The notes: generated by a model from the letters alone, not told the origin. A DNA stretch of 64,000 bases from Candidatus Moraniibacteriota bacterium (GCA_049303795.1 JBAQNM010000004.1:8623-72622), one strand, 5' to 3'; counted from the first letter of the stretch, positions 39,683-49,100 are shown. Made by a program: numbers and translations.

Positions 39683-40016
39683 TAAAGAGCTTTATATTTT
39701 TTATTTTTTCCACAAAACTACTAAGCCAGTCAGCACCAACTACTGGATTAATTTCATTTTCTTGTTTTTTGAATATATCTTTTTTTTGCAGATCAATTGC
39801 AATATCTCTGGCCATTTCAACATCATTCAAGCTAGAGGGTGTCTCCTGAACAACATAGCCAAATTTTTTTTCAGCAATCTCGTTAGCAATAGGAGTGCAA
39901 ATTTCTATCATTTCCTGCTCATCAGGATTTACAGCATAAACATTATTAGAAATAAAAAAGACTGGCAATGCAATAAGTACCAAGACTAATAAATATGTGC
40001 TTAAAGTTTTTTTCAT
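39672..40016 (-). CDS. Small secreted protein
   Basis: Signal peptide MKKTLSTYLLVLVLIALPVFFISNNVYA. Overlaps the start of the downstream gene. Confidence 0.5.
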   Translation of the reverse strand: MKKTLSTYLLVLVLIALPVFFISNNVYAVNPDEQEMIEICTPIANEIAEKKFGYVVQETPSSLNDVEMARDIAIDLQKKDIFKKQENEINPVVGADWLSSFVEKIKNIKLFNEL

Positions 40017-40178
40017 GAAAGATTGATTTAAAAAAATTAATTCCCCTCTTGTTTAATTTTATCATACTAAATATTTACAAAAAAAGCAATTTTACAACCC
40101 GAAACAATCCAGCTGTTGATTTATTTTTATTTACATGTTACTATCTTTTTGAAATAGATATTCGCTATTTTTTTTATT

Positions 40179-40250
40179 GGCCTCATCGTCTATCGGTTAG
40201 GACATCAGGTTTTCATCCTGAAAAGAGGGGTCCGACTCCCCTTGAGGCTA
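40179..40250 (+). tRNA. tRNA-Glu (TTC)
   Basis: GGCCTCATCGTCTATCGGTTAGGACATCAGGTTTTCATCCTGA..AGGGGTCCGACTCCCCT TGAGGCTA. Confidence 0.8.
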
Positions 40251-40365
40251 CGATTTCGAGACTTTCCGAAATTGTTGCGGTTTTTTCTCTTTTTATGCTT
40301 TTGGCCGTCCTTGACCCAAACCACCCATTCGCGGACGGCAATAAGGAACTCCCAAGGCAACTTAC

Positions 40366-41535
40366 CTATATTTTTTTGAAAGCTTGTTCAAAATCTTTAA
40401 TAACATCGTCTATATTTTCAAACCCAACGGAATATCTCAACAAATTTCCTTTAATATCTCGCTTGTCTGCCTCAATCCTGTTTTTATAAAAAGTAAGTAT
40501 GGCATGTTGTTCTATTAAACTTTGTGACCCGCCAAAATTAGTTGCGATATATGGAATTTTTAGCGCATCTATAAACTTGCTAGTATTTTTCTCAGATGCT
40601 TTCAACGAAAAAGTTATCACTCCTCCATAGCCACTCATTTGCTTTTTGGCTAAAATAAAGTCTGGATGCGATTTCAGACCAGGATACCAAACTTTTTCAA
40701 TTTTTGGATTATTTTCAAGATATCGAGCTATTGTTAAGCCGTTTTTATTATGTACTTCCATTCTTATAGCTAATGTTTGCAAGCTTCTTAGCAAAAGATA
40801 CGAAGTGTGGGGGTCAATTATTCCTCCAAATATATCCCGATAGTGCTGAATTTTTTCAATGAGCTTAGATCTTCCAGCTATAACTCCTGCAAATAAATCA
40901 TGATGTCCTCCTAGATATTTTGTGGCACTATGCAAAACTATGTCCGCGCCAAATTCAATAGGACGCAAATTCATAGGCGTAGCGAAAGTTGAATCTACTA
41001 TTGTGATTATTCCTCGCTTTTTTGCAAAGGTAGTTAGGAGTTTTAAATCAATGATTCTCAGAAATGGATTTGTCGGAATTTCCGAAAAAAACAAAATGGT
41101 ATTCTTCTTGATATACTTTTTAATATTTGCAAAATCATTAATGGGTATTTGAGTAGCTTCTATTGAAAATTTGGGAAGAATCTTATCGAAAAATTTTTTT
41201 GTATTTCGGTAGCAATCATCAGTATATAAAATATGTTGGTTTTTATTAACCAAAGATAAGATGGTCGTTGTTATCGCGCTCATACCAGAAGAAAAAAGCA
41301 ATGCTCTGTCAGCATTTTCCAGTTCTGCAATTTTTTCCTCAACGGCACTTTGAGTAGGACAACCATATCTTCCATATTTTATGCCCTTGATTTTGCCTTG
41401 ATAAAAATCTTTTATTTGCTTGGTATTTTCAAAATAATAAGCCGCCGTTTGTTCCAGTGGAATCGTAACGGATCTATTTTGTCTTTTTCTATCCCTTTCG
41501 CCACTATGAACGGCTTTTGATTCTATTTTTTTCAT
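40366..41535 (-). CDS. Cys/Met-metabolism PLP-dependent enzyme (cystathionine gamma-synthase / beta-lyase / methionine gamma-lyase family)
   Basis: PLP-lysine region DIVLHSATKYLGGHHDLFAGVI. 389 aa. Confidence 0.85.
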   Translation of the reverse strand: MKKIESKAVHSGERDRKRQNRSVTIPLEQTAAYYFENTKQIKDFYQGKIKGIKYGRYGCPTQSAVEEKIAELENADRALLFSSGMSAITTTILSLVNKNQHILYTDDCYRNTKKFFDKILPKFSIEATQIPINDFANIKKYIKKNTILFFSEIPTNPFLRIIDLKLLTTFAKKRGIITIVDSTFATPMNLRPIEFGADIVLHSATKYLGGHHDLFAGVIAGRSKLIEKIQHYRDIFGGIIDPHTSYLLLRSLQTLAIRMEVHNKNGLTIARYLENNPKIEKVWYPGLKSHPDFILAKKQMSGYGGVITFSLKASEKNTSKFIDALKIPYIATNFGGSQSLIEQHAILTFYKNRIEADKRDIKGNLLRYSVGFENIDDVIKDFEQAFKKI

Positions 41536-42505
41536 TTTGTTCTTCAGTAAATCTTATAAATTCATGATATTTTGGGTGTCGTAAAATACACCTTGAAAAC
41601 CCATATTTTTTATAGAAATCATTAACTGATTTTAAAACTTTTTTTCCAATTCCCTCTATGCTATTAAAAATATCGCCATATAAATTTTGAGTTTCTAGCG
41701 CATAAGCGCAAGTCAAAATTTTTCCATCTGAGCCGATGCTTATGCCGTTTTTCATATAAGAACATTCGCGTCCTTCCACTAATGTGCCTAGTGGATAACT
41801 CACATCTTTATCAATGATTATATTTTTAACCTTGTTATATTTTTTATTATTCTTAGAGGCTGAGCCGATATCAATCGGTTTATTGACGACAAACACAATG
41901 TCGTCGCCACAAAATTTTTTTATTTTTTCTATCTGTTTATAGTTTTCATTATTTAAAACAAGATTAATAGCTAGGGAGACAACAGTTGATTTATGATAAG
42001 AATAAATATTATTGGTATAAATTTTTCTGATCACTTTTATATTTTTAATTAAATTTTTGTAAGCGCCTTTCTTATTAACATAGTGATTATATTTTTCTTC
42101 TTCGAAAGAATCCATATTTATAATCAGACTGGCATTATTTTGCGCAAGAAATTTGGCAAGTTTTTCATTTATTACACTGCCATTAGTAAAAATGTAGGGT
42201 ATCAGTTTATTTTTATTAGCAAATTTTACAATCGCACGAAAATTTTTATTAATGACTGGCTCACCCTCGCCAGCAATTACTAAAACTTTTGCGCCGACTT
42301 TTTGTAACCTTAAAATAGATTCTTTAATTTTAGTAAGTGATAAGTTGCCGAGGTTATATTCCCTAAAACGATTACAGCACTTAAGACACTGATAATTACA
42401 CTCAAACGGCAGGTTGAGCATAATATAGTCAATCTCACTTTTTATAAATTTGCTGCCTGCCAGATGTAAATATTGAGCAGAGCCCCTTAAAATTAATTTT
42501 TGCAT
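41504..42505 (-). CDS. Radical SAM enzyme
   Basis: CNYQCLKC (CX3CX2C) cluster near the N-terminus and extra C-terminal Cys residues. Its 3' end overlaps the PLP enzyme gene by 32 nt. Confidence 0.8.
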   Translation of the reverse strand: MQKLILRGSAQYLHLAGSKFIKSEIDYIMLNLPFECNYQCLKCCNRFREYNLGNLSLTKIKESILRLQKVGAKVLVIAGEGEPVINKNFRAIVKFANKNKLIPYIFTNGSVINEKLAKFLAQNNASLIINMDSFEEEKYNHYVNKKGAYKNLIKNIKVIRKIYTNNIYSYHKSTVVSLAINLVLNNENYKQIEKIKKFCGDDIVFVVNKPIDIGSASKNNKKYNKVKNIIIDKDVSYPLGTLVEGRECSYMKNGISIGSDGKILTCAYALETQNLYGDIFNSIEGIGKKVLKSVNDFYKKYGFSRCILRHPKYHEFIRFTEEQNEKNRIKSRS

Positions 42506-42635
42506 ATTTGTAATTTGATAATATTTTTAACTTGACCTTGACAATGTAGTATAGATGAGTATAATAAAATTGTAAATCTGTCGTCGCTAACCGACAAATA
42601 AATACATTTTCTGCTAATTATTACTTTTTGAAAAT

Positions 42636-43439
42636 ATGCTTGATAAAATTCTTGAGGAAATCGGACTTTCCGAAAACTCCATACGAATTTATATGCGACT
42701 CTTGGAAGGCTCATCATTTTCGGCCAGACAACTTGCTGAAAATCTCAATATTCCTCGCCCATCCGTTTATGACAATCTAAAAATCCTTATGAATAAAGGG
42801 TTGGTTGTTGAACATGACAAAGAAAATAAAAAAATATTTACGGCTGATGATGTTAAAAATTTACCGCAATTAATAAAATCTAAAAGAGAAACGCTAGAAG
42901 AATTTGAAACTGAAATCAAGAAAATACTTCCATTACTTACTAAACAGACCAAAAATATTGAACCAAAAATCAAATTTTATTCAGGTGCAGAGGGAATCAG
43001 GCAAGTCTTAAGAGATATGCTATGGTATGAAAACATCGAAACACTCACCATGTGGCCAATCAGCGAAATGGTTGAAGTTTTGGGCAAGGATTATTTGGCC
43101 GATCTAAACCGCAGGAGGATAAGACGAAATATATCCATCAAGGGCATCTGGCCTGAAGATAAGGCGGTAAAATTAAAGGAGCACCCGTTTTTGGGTGTAG
43201 GCAAAAAACATCTACGAGAATTGCGACTAGCTCCAAAAAATATGATTTGGAATATGAGCTACTGGTTGTATGATGACAAAGTTGCTTTTATTTCCTCAAG
43301 ACAAGAAGGCTTTGGATTTGTTATTCATAGCAAAGATTTTTCTGAACTTATCAGAACTCAATTTGAAGTCATTTGGAAGATTTCTAAAACTATAAAGCCA
43401 CAGTCAAAATACACGGATAAATTTCTTGAAACAATATAA
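42636..43439 (+). CDS. TrmB-family HTH transcriptional regulator
   Basis: N-terminal winged-helix LSENSIRIYMRLLEGSSFSARQLAENLNIPRPSVYDNLKILMNKGLV. Divergent from the radical-SAM/PLP pair. Confidence 0.7.
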   Translation: MLDKILEEIGLSENSIRIYMRLLEGSSFSARQLAENLNIPRPSVYDNLKILMNKGLVVEHDKENKKIFTADDVKNLPQLIKSKRETLEEFETEIKKILPLLTKQTKNIEPKIKFYSGAEGIRQVLRDMLWYENIETLTMWPISEMVEVLGKDYLADLNRRRIRRNISIKGIWPEDKAVKLKEHPFLGVGKKHLRELRLAPKNMIWNMSYWLYDDKVAFISSRQEGFGFVIHSKDFSELIRTQFEVIWKISKTIKPQSKYTDKFLETI

Positions 43440-43549
43440 ATAAAAAAAATAATTTTGGAGCATTGCAAATTATTTAAAGTGTTTTATTATCTTTTGCAAT
43501 TATTGATCATTTCCTCTAGAATTGACATATAATTTTTGAAAATCTTATT

Positions 43550-44620
43550 ATGTTAGTTTTAGGCATTGAAACATCTTGCGATGAAACAGCTGCTGCAATA
43601 ATCGAAACAAAAAAAGACAAAATGACTCTTTTGTCGAATATTGTTTCGTCTCAAATAGAGCTACATGCAAAATGGGGTGGAGTTGTGCCAAATTTAGCAG
43701 CGCGTGAACACTTAAAAAATATTCTTCCTGTGATCAATGAAACGCTTGAAAAGGCACAAAAAAAACCAGCAGAAATTGACCTTATCGCGATAACAAATGG
43801 ACCAGGATTAATTCCTGCGCTTTTGATTGGCACGACAACTGCTAAAACAATCAGCTATCTCTGGCAAAAACCACTGATTGGCATCCATCATATTGAAGGT
43901 CATATTTATGCTAATTTCATAAATAACAATACTGCCAAAGATGTAAAGTTTCCCGTTCTATGCTTAGTTGTTTCCGGCGGACACACTCAGCTAGTTTTAA
44001 TGAAAAAGCATTTGACTTATGAAATTATTGGTCAAACCTTAGATGATGCCGTTGGAGAGGCATTTGATAAGGTGGCACGTATTTTAGGCTTAGGATATCC
44101 AGGTGGACCGCTTGTTTCCAAGATTGCTGATGAGTATGGGTTGAAAAAAAGTAAGTTCAAAATTAAACTTCCTCGTCCTATGCTTAGATCTGCCAATTTT
44201 GATTTTTCGTTTTCTGGCATCAAAACTGCAGTACTTTATACAGTTAAAAAAAATCAGAAAAAATTAAACAACCCTGATTTTATTGCTGAAATGTGTCTAG
44301 AATTTCAAACTGCTGTCTGTGAAGTTCTAATCCACAAAACAATTAACGCAGCAAAAAAATACAAACCAAAAACAATCATGCTGGCTGGCGGTGTGAGCGC
44401 CAATAGCTACCTAAGAAAAAATTTAGCTATTGCCGTTGAAAAAGATTTAAATAATGTTTTCTATGCTATTCCTGATCGAGCTTATAGTATCGATAATGCT
44501 GCTATGATCGCCATAGCTGGATATTATCGTTGGAACAAAATGCATATTAAAAATAAAAAGAATCTATCAGCTAACTGGATTAGTCTTGAAGCTAATGCTA
44601 ATTTAAAATTAAAAAACTAA
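43550..44620 (+). CDS. tsaD: tRNA N6-adenosine threonylcarbamoyltransferase
   Basis: MLVLGIETSCDETAAAI Kae1/TsaD N-terminus with HxxH-type metal site. Confidence 0.9.
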   Translation: MLVLGIETSCDETAAAIIETKKDKMTLLSNIVSSQIELHAKWGGVVPNLAAREHLKNILPVINETLEKAQKKPAEIDLIAITNGPGLIPALLIGTTTAKTISYLWQKPLIGIHHIEGHIYANFINNNTAKDVKFPVLCLVVSGGHTQLVLMKKHLTYEIIGQTLDDAVGEAFDKVARILGLGYPGGPLVSKIADEYGLKKSKFKIKLPRPMLRSANFDFSFSGIKTAVLYTVKKNQKKLNNPDFIAEMCLEFQTAVCEVLIHKTINAAKKYKPKTIMLAGGVSANSYLRKNLAIAVEKDLNNVFYAIPDRAYSIDNAAMIAIAGYYRWNKMHIKNKKNLSANWISLEANANLKLKN

Positions 44621-44623
44621 ACT

Positions 44624-45073
44624 ATGATCATTCAAGCATTTTTCGAAGGAATCATTGCTGCGCTTGGCGCTTTAGTACTGGAGTTGTCAGTCTTAGCAAT
44701 ATTCAATCTAAATTCGGCAGAAAGCTCATTAATCACTCTTTTTATTTGTGTAATACTTGAAGAGATAATGAAATATGCCATAATCTATAATCATTATTTA
44801 AAATCAAAATATAGAGAAAAAATTATTTATAGTGCTATATTTATTGGACTAGGCTTTTCTGCAATGGAATTATTTCTTAAACAGCTTGATTACCAAAAAA
44901 CAATTACCCTGCCGATACTTGGAATTTTTCTTATTCATATAATAACCTCAAGCATTGTTGGTTTTTTTCTCTGGAAAAAATGCAACCAAACAACTATAAC
45001 TGCCACAATATTAATCATCCTAAATGCTCTAATACATTTCTTCTATAATTTTATAATTTTAAACTATTCATAA
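44624..45073 (+). CDS. Hypothetical polytopic membrane protein
   Basis: 149 aa with four hydrophobic helices. Confidence 0.5.
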   Translation: MIIQAFFEGIIAALGALVLELSVLAIFNLNSAESSLITLFICVILEEIMKYAIIYNHYLKSKYREKIIYSAIFIGLGFSAMELFLKQLDYQKTITLPILGIFLIHIITSSIVGFFLWKKCNQTTITATILIILNALIHFFYNFIILNYS

Positions 45074-45169
45074 TTGAAAAAATTTCTATCCTTAAAAAGG
45101 CCGGTTTTTGACATAATTATCAATTTTCTTAATAAAATAAGCTTTTAAAAAAATAAAGACCAAATTAAC

Positions 45170-45197
45170 TTGCCAAATGCGTGCAATCCAGTATAAT
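45170..45197 (+). promoter_or_regulatory. sigma70-like promoter for hsp20 (TTGCCA-16-TATAAT)
   Basis: TTGCCA at 45170-45175 and TATAAT at 45192-45197. Confidence 0.5.
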
Positions 45198-45231
45198 TTA
45201 GATAAGGCATTATAATAAATAAATTTGAACT

Positions 45232-45780
45232 ATGACAAAAATAAAAAAATCTTTCCTAGAAAGACTAACTGGCGCTAGGACAATTGAAACAGATGTTTAC
45301 AGATCTGAAGCCTCTGTTTCACCAAACATTGATTTTTTCGATGACCATTTTCAAGAAAGAGAAACGGAAATAGCAACGAATACCACCCCTCATCATTTTT
45401 CCAGAATACAAGAGGAGGAAGTGCAATCCACTGGCCTAGATGATAATAATGAGGGACAATTAACGATTGACGTTTATCAAACAGACACCGAGGTCGTTAT
45501 TAAATCTACAATCGCTGGTGTAAAACCAGAAGATTTGGATGTTAACATCAACAACGACATGCTTACTATTCGTGGCGAAAGAAAAAATGATGAACAAGTT
45601 TTAGAAGAAAATTATTATTACCAAGAATGTTATTGGGGATCATTTTCCCGCTCTGTTATCTTGCCAGTCGATGTTCTTGCTGATAAAATCGAAGCTTCAA
45701 TGAAAAATGGAATTCTCACTGTACGCATGCCAAAGGCGGTTAATAATAGAACTAAAAAAATTCAAGTACGGGGCTTCTAA
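45232..45780 (+). CDS. Small heat-shock protein (Hsp20/alpha-crystallin)
   Basis: Alpha-crystallin domain ...LTIDVYQTDTEVVIKSTIAGVKPEDLDVNINNDMLTIRGERK. Confidence 0.9.
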   Translation: MTKIKKSFLERLTGARTIETDVYRSEASVSPNIDFFDDHFQERETEIATNTTPHHFSRIQEEEVQSTGLDDNNEGQLTIDVYQTDTEVVIKSTIAGVKPEDLDVNINNDMLTIRGERKNDEQVLEENYYYQECYWGSFSRSVILPVDVLADKIEASMKNGILTVRMPKAVNNRTKKIQVRGF

Positions 45781-45889
45781 AAAATTACTTTTGTGTCTAG
45801 TTTTTCTAGGCTCCTGTTTAAAAAATCATACCGATTAATATTTCCCTGTTAAATCTGATGACTAAGTTATTTTTTAAACAAGCCATAAA

Positions 45890-45916
45890 CCTCGCCGGCT
45901 TGTTGCGGGGTTTTTA
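45890..45916 (+). terminator. candidate rho-independent terminator
   Basis: Stem cctcgc / gcgggg (one G-U), loop cggcttgtt, then a T5 run. Confidence 0.45.
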
Positions 45917-45967
45917 TTTCAATGTCACTTATTTAAGAAATATTCCGTTCCGCATATATACATTATT

Positions 45968-47275
45968 ATGAGAAATCTAATTTACTGCTTTATTTTATTT
46001 ATCAGTTTTTTTTCTTATATACCTGCCGTTCTCGCAGAAGATTTAGACTTGGGTTTTTTTATTGAAAATGATCTAAACAATAAATTAACCACAGACCTAA
46101 CGGTAAAGGTAAATGATGAAAATTATATAATAGCACAAGCAGAATTGCAAAACTGGTTGATGGAAAAAAATTTTTTAAACTTTGAAAAAGGCTACAATTC
46201 TGAAATAGAAAATAATAATTTTTGCTTGTATAAAAAATCTCTCATTTGTAATCTTTTTTTTAGCGCTTTAAAGCAAAATCACTTACGCAAAAAAATTTTT
46301 ATACAGCTAAACAAAGATTCGCTTAAGCAATCTATTGCTGATCTTGCTCTAAAGACCAATGAAGATCCAGTTGACGCCCGACTGAAAATTATAGATGGTA
46401 AGGTTTCTACTTTTTCTCTAAGTGAAAACGGCCTCGCTCTAGATGAAAATAAAAGTGCGGAAAAAATAATCGACTACCTCAAAAATAAAGGAGAGCCCAC
46501 TTTAATTGAATTGCCTTATCAAGAAATAAATCCAACAGTTGTCACGAGCAATGCTGATGAAATTAAAATTGATACTCTTATCGGAGAAGGACGTTCTAAT
46601 TTTAGAGGTTCACCAAAAAATCGAATTTTCAATATTAAAGTTGCCACTGAACGTTTTAACGGAATATTAATCAAGCCAGGAGAAGATTTTTCTTTTGTCC
46701 GTGTCTTAGGTGAAGTAGATGGCGAGCATGGTTATTTGCCAGAGCTAGTGATTAAAAAAGATAAAACTGAACCTGAATTTGGTGGTGGTATTTGTCAAGT
46801 ATCCACAACGGCTTTTCGTGCCGCCATTTATTCCGGACTAAAAATTACTTCCCGTCAAAATCATGCCTATCCGGTTAGTTATTATAACCCTCAGGGTATG
46901 GATTCAACTATTTATGTGCCCCGTCCGGACTTAAGGTTTAAAAATGATACCCCTGGCTACATATTAATTCAAACAAAAATTGAGGGAACAGAATTAATCT
47001 TCCAATTCTATGGCACATCAGATGGTCGAAAAACAAAAGTAATCGGACCGACTATACTAGAAAAAAATCCTGATGGCTCGATGAAGACCACCTTTACCCA
47101 AGAAATCTATGATAAAGATGATAATTTAATCCGAGAAGCTGTTTTCAATAGCAGCTATGATTCGCCTAGTAAATATCCTCATCCCGGATCTTCAACTGAT
47201 CTTCTTAGTAAAAAACCGAAAAATTGGTCTGATCGAGAATGGAAGATTTATAGAAAAGAGCATAATATGCCCTAA
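45968..47275 (+). CDS. VanW-family protein
   Basis: VanW core ...GEHGYLPELVI...GGGICQVSTTAFRAAIYSGL. N-terminal signal/anchor. Confidence 0.8.
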   Translation: MRNLIYCFILFISFFSYIPAVLAEDLDLGFFIENDLNNKLTTDLTVKVNDENYIIAQAELQNWLMEKNFLNFEKGYNSEIENNNFCLYKKSLICNLFFSALKQNHLRKKIFIQLNKDSLKQSIADLALKTNEDPVDARLKIIDGKVSTFSLSENGLALDENKSAEKIIDYLKNKGEPTLIELPYQEINPTVVTSNADEIKIDTLIGEGRSNFRGSPKNRIFNIKVATERFNGILIKPGEDFSFVRVLGEVDGEHGYLPELVIKKDKTEPEFGGGICQVSTTAFRAAIYSGLKITSRQNHAYPVSYYNPQGMDSTIYVPRPDLRFKNDTPGYILIQTKIEGTELIFQFYGTSDGRKTKVIGPTILEKNPDGSMKTTFTQEIYDKDDNLIREAVFNSSYDSPSKYPHPGSSTDLLSKKPKNWSDREWKIYRKEHNMP

Positions 47276-47280
47276 AAAGA

Positions 47281-47309
47281 TTGACTTACTTATGTATCTT
47301 TGATAGTAT
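47281..47309 (+). promoter_or_regulatory. sigma70-like promoter for the tRNA cluster (TTGACT-17-TAGTAT)
   Basis: TTGACT at 47281-47286, a 17-nt spacer, then TAGTAT at 47304-47309, about 27 nt upstream of the first tRNA. Confidence 0.5.
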
Positions 47310-47335
47310 AAACAAGTTATTTTGAAATAAAAACT

Positions 47336-47408
47336 GCGCCGGTAGCTCAGTGGATAGAGCAGTAGCCTTCTAAGCTATTGGTCGCAGGTTCGATTCCTGC
47401 CCGGCGCA
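47336..47408 (+). tRNA. tRNA-Arg (TCT)
   Basis: GCGCCGGTAGCTCAGTGGATAGAGCAGTAGCCTTCTAAGCTAT..GGTTCGATTCC..CCGGCGCA. Confidence 0.85.
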
Positions 47409-47425
47409 CATTAGTTCTAAAAAAA

Positions 47426-47501
47426 GCACCCATAGCTCAGTTGGTAGAGCAGTTGCCTCTTAAGCAAATGGTCCCAGGTTCAAATCCTGGTGGGTGCACC
47501 A
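47426..47501 (+). tRNA. tRNA-Lys (CTT), with genomically encoded CCA
   Basis: GCACCCATAGCTCAGTTGGTAGAGCAGTTGCCTCTTAAGCAAA..GGTTCAAATCC..TGGGTGCACCA. It is the only tRNA in the window with an encoded CCA. Confidence 0.85.
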
Positions 47502-47520
47502 GAATTAAAAATTTACACAT

Positions 47521-47592
47521 GGTGGCTATAGTTCAATGGTAGAACACTGGTTTGTGGTACCAGTTACAAGGGTCCGATTCCCTTTAGCCACC
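47521..47592 (+). tRNA. tRNA-His (GTG) with encoded G-1
   Basis: G-GTGGCTA...CTGGTTTGTGGTACCAG...GGGTCCGATTCCC..TAGCCAC-C. Eight-bp acceptor stem with G-1 paired to C73. Confidence 0.8.
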
Positions 47593-47607
47593 CCCGAAAA
47601 AAATAAT

Positions 47608-47681
47608 GCCTCCTTAGCTCAGCGGATTAGAGCGTCTGGCTTCGGACCAGAAGGTCGTAGGTTCGAATCCTGCAGGGGGCA
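47608..47681 (+). tRNA. tRNA-Arg (TCG)
   Basis: GCCTCCTTAGCTCAGCGGATTAGAGCGTCTGGCTTCGGACCAGA..GGTTCGAATCC..AGGGGGCA. Confidence 0.8.
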
Positions 47682-47977
47682 CATTGATGAACATCAAGGA
47701 ATTCTGAGGGTTCCTTAAAGGGCGTTTTCAGCTCTATTAAAACATTTTTTCCATCAACTAGTCGGTTCGAACTTACTTTTTTAATGATATACAGAGCAAT
47801 ACAGAGAAATTGTTTCTTTTGTAGAGACCGAAAGTTTATTGAAGAAAAAGAAAAAGAAAAAATAAATCACATAACTTTGCTTTTAGATAGTTTGGATTTA
47901 ATTTTCATTTAAAAAGACCAACGGTAATTTCTACCCTTGGCCTTTATATTCTTGATTCAATCGAATTTTAAACCCGT

Positions 47978-48469
47978 TTATTTTTTATGCTTCTCATAAA
48001 ATGCATCAATAAATTGAAAAACATTTTTTCTCATGCCGGGAATATCCGTTAAATCAATAAACTGCTGGAGTTGGTGAGCACATTCCATCCTTTGTTTGTA
48101 TCCAAAATTGTGAAAGAGGAATTCATTAAATTCGTCTATCTTAGCATTGAATTCGGCACTTTCCTTGTGGTTTTTTTCTACTGCTATTTTGGCTTCCTTT
48201 TCTTGCCTGTGGAGGTTTTCAATATATTCTTTTTCCGACCGTTGCCAGAGTTCTCTTTTCATATCTTTGGTCATCCATGGCGTTTTCCGCTTTTGAATCC
48301 GTAAGTTTTTTTGGTATATTTCATCCACTTCAAAATGCATTAGGGTTTTAAAAAAATAACTGAAAGGCCGGTGATTGAGTGCAAAGCTCAAAAGCTTAGC
48401 GCAGATTATCCAGTACGCTTGCCAAATAATAATTTTAAACTTAATAATTTTCATACTTTGTGAATTCAT
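47978..48469 (-). CDS. Hypothetical protein
   Basis: Start set at ATG 48469 (MNSQSMKII...) with an AAGGAG Shine-Dalgarno 7 nt upstream; the track's longer ORF starts at 48520. Basic, helical, no recognised domain. Confidence 0.5.
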   Translation of the reverse strand: MNSQSMKIIKFKIIIWQAYWIICAKLLSFALNHRPFSYFFKTLMHFEVDEIYQKNLRIQKRKTPWMTKDMKRELWQRSEKEYIENLHRQEKEAKIAVEKNHKESAEFNAKIDEFNEFLFHNFGYKQRMECAHQLQQFIDLTDIPGMRKNVFQFIDAFYEKHKK

Positions 48470-48649
48470 GCCCTGCTCCTTCTTTTTAGGTTTGATTGGA
48501 AACAACAATGAAAAGAACAATTAACAACTTGAAATTCTAGTATATACTGTTGATTCTGTCAATTCGGTGGGGGGGAGAGGGGAAATGAGTCACACAACGG
48601 GCATTCTTGCGACACTCCTAAGGATTAAGAAAAAATCCCGAAGTGTTGA

Positions 48650-48853
48650 GTGATATTTCAAGGCGTGTTTGGGAAAATAAAAGAAATCGCGTTGGAAGCA
48701 GTAAATCATGACGACCTGGCCCTTCAATATGCGGCGGAAAGATATCAGAGTAATATAGATGTGGTGCTGGAAGCTATCAAGCAGAATCCGCTCGCAATCG
48801 AATATGCTTCCAAGGAGATTAAAAATTCACTTAGAAAAGTTTTGGGGATATAA
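48650..48853 (+). pseudogene. Fragment of a DUF4116-like repeat protein (67-aa ORF)
   Basis: ...LEAVNHDDLALQYAAERYQSNIDVVLEAIKQNPLAIEYASKEIK resembles two DUF4116-type repeats (vLeAvkqn..ALeyAs). GC-richer than its context and preceded by a G-rich tract. Confidence 0.35.
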
Positions 48854-49035
48854 AAAATTCCTGCTTTAAGTTTAAGGATGAAGTAATTATGTTTAAATAT
48901 ATATTCTTAATGATATTCTGATAAGATTTCGAATATCTGTCGAATATCCCTTTTCTTTAGCCTGGATTTTTTCTCTTTTTGATAATCAGGCAAGTTTCCC
49001 TCTCTTCGAATTACTGCCCGAGGAGGGGCACGAAA

Positions 49036-49075
49036 AGAAAAAAGACTAGTACTTGCGAAACTTAGTCTTTTTTGT
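49036..49075 (-). terminator. hairpin terminator downstream of the second pilus-like cluster
   Basis: Stem agacta / tagtct with A-run and T-run flanks, 25 nt past the stop of the last minus-strand gene. Confidence 0.5.
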
Positions 49076-49100
49076 TTTTATCAAATACCACTCCTATTTA

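Noticed and set aside
40049-40489. 146-aa plus-strand ORF
   Set aside because: Spans tRNA-Glu and runs antisense into the PLP enzyme gene; no coding signal.
47536-47718. 60-aa plus-strand ORF
   Set aside because: Lies entirely within the tRNA-His/tRNA-Arg array.
47700-47780. GGTTCGAAC T-arm-like motif after the tRNA array
   Set aside because: No flanking acceptor, D-arm or anticodon-arm complementarity; likely chance or a decayed fragment.
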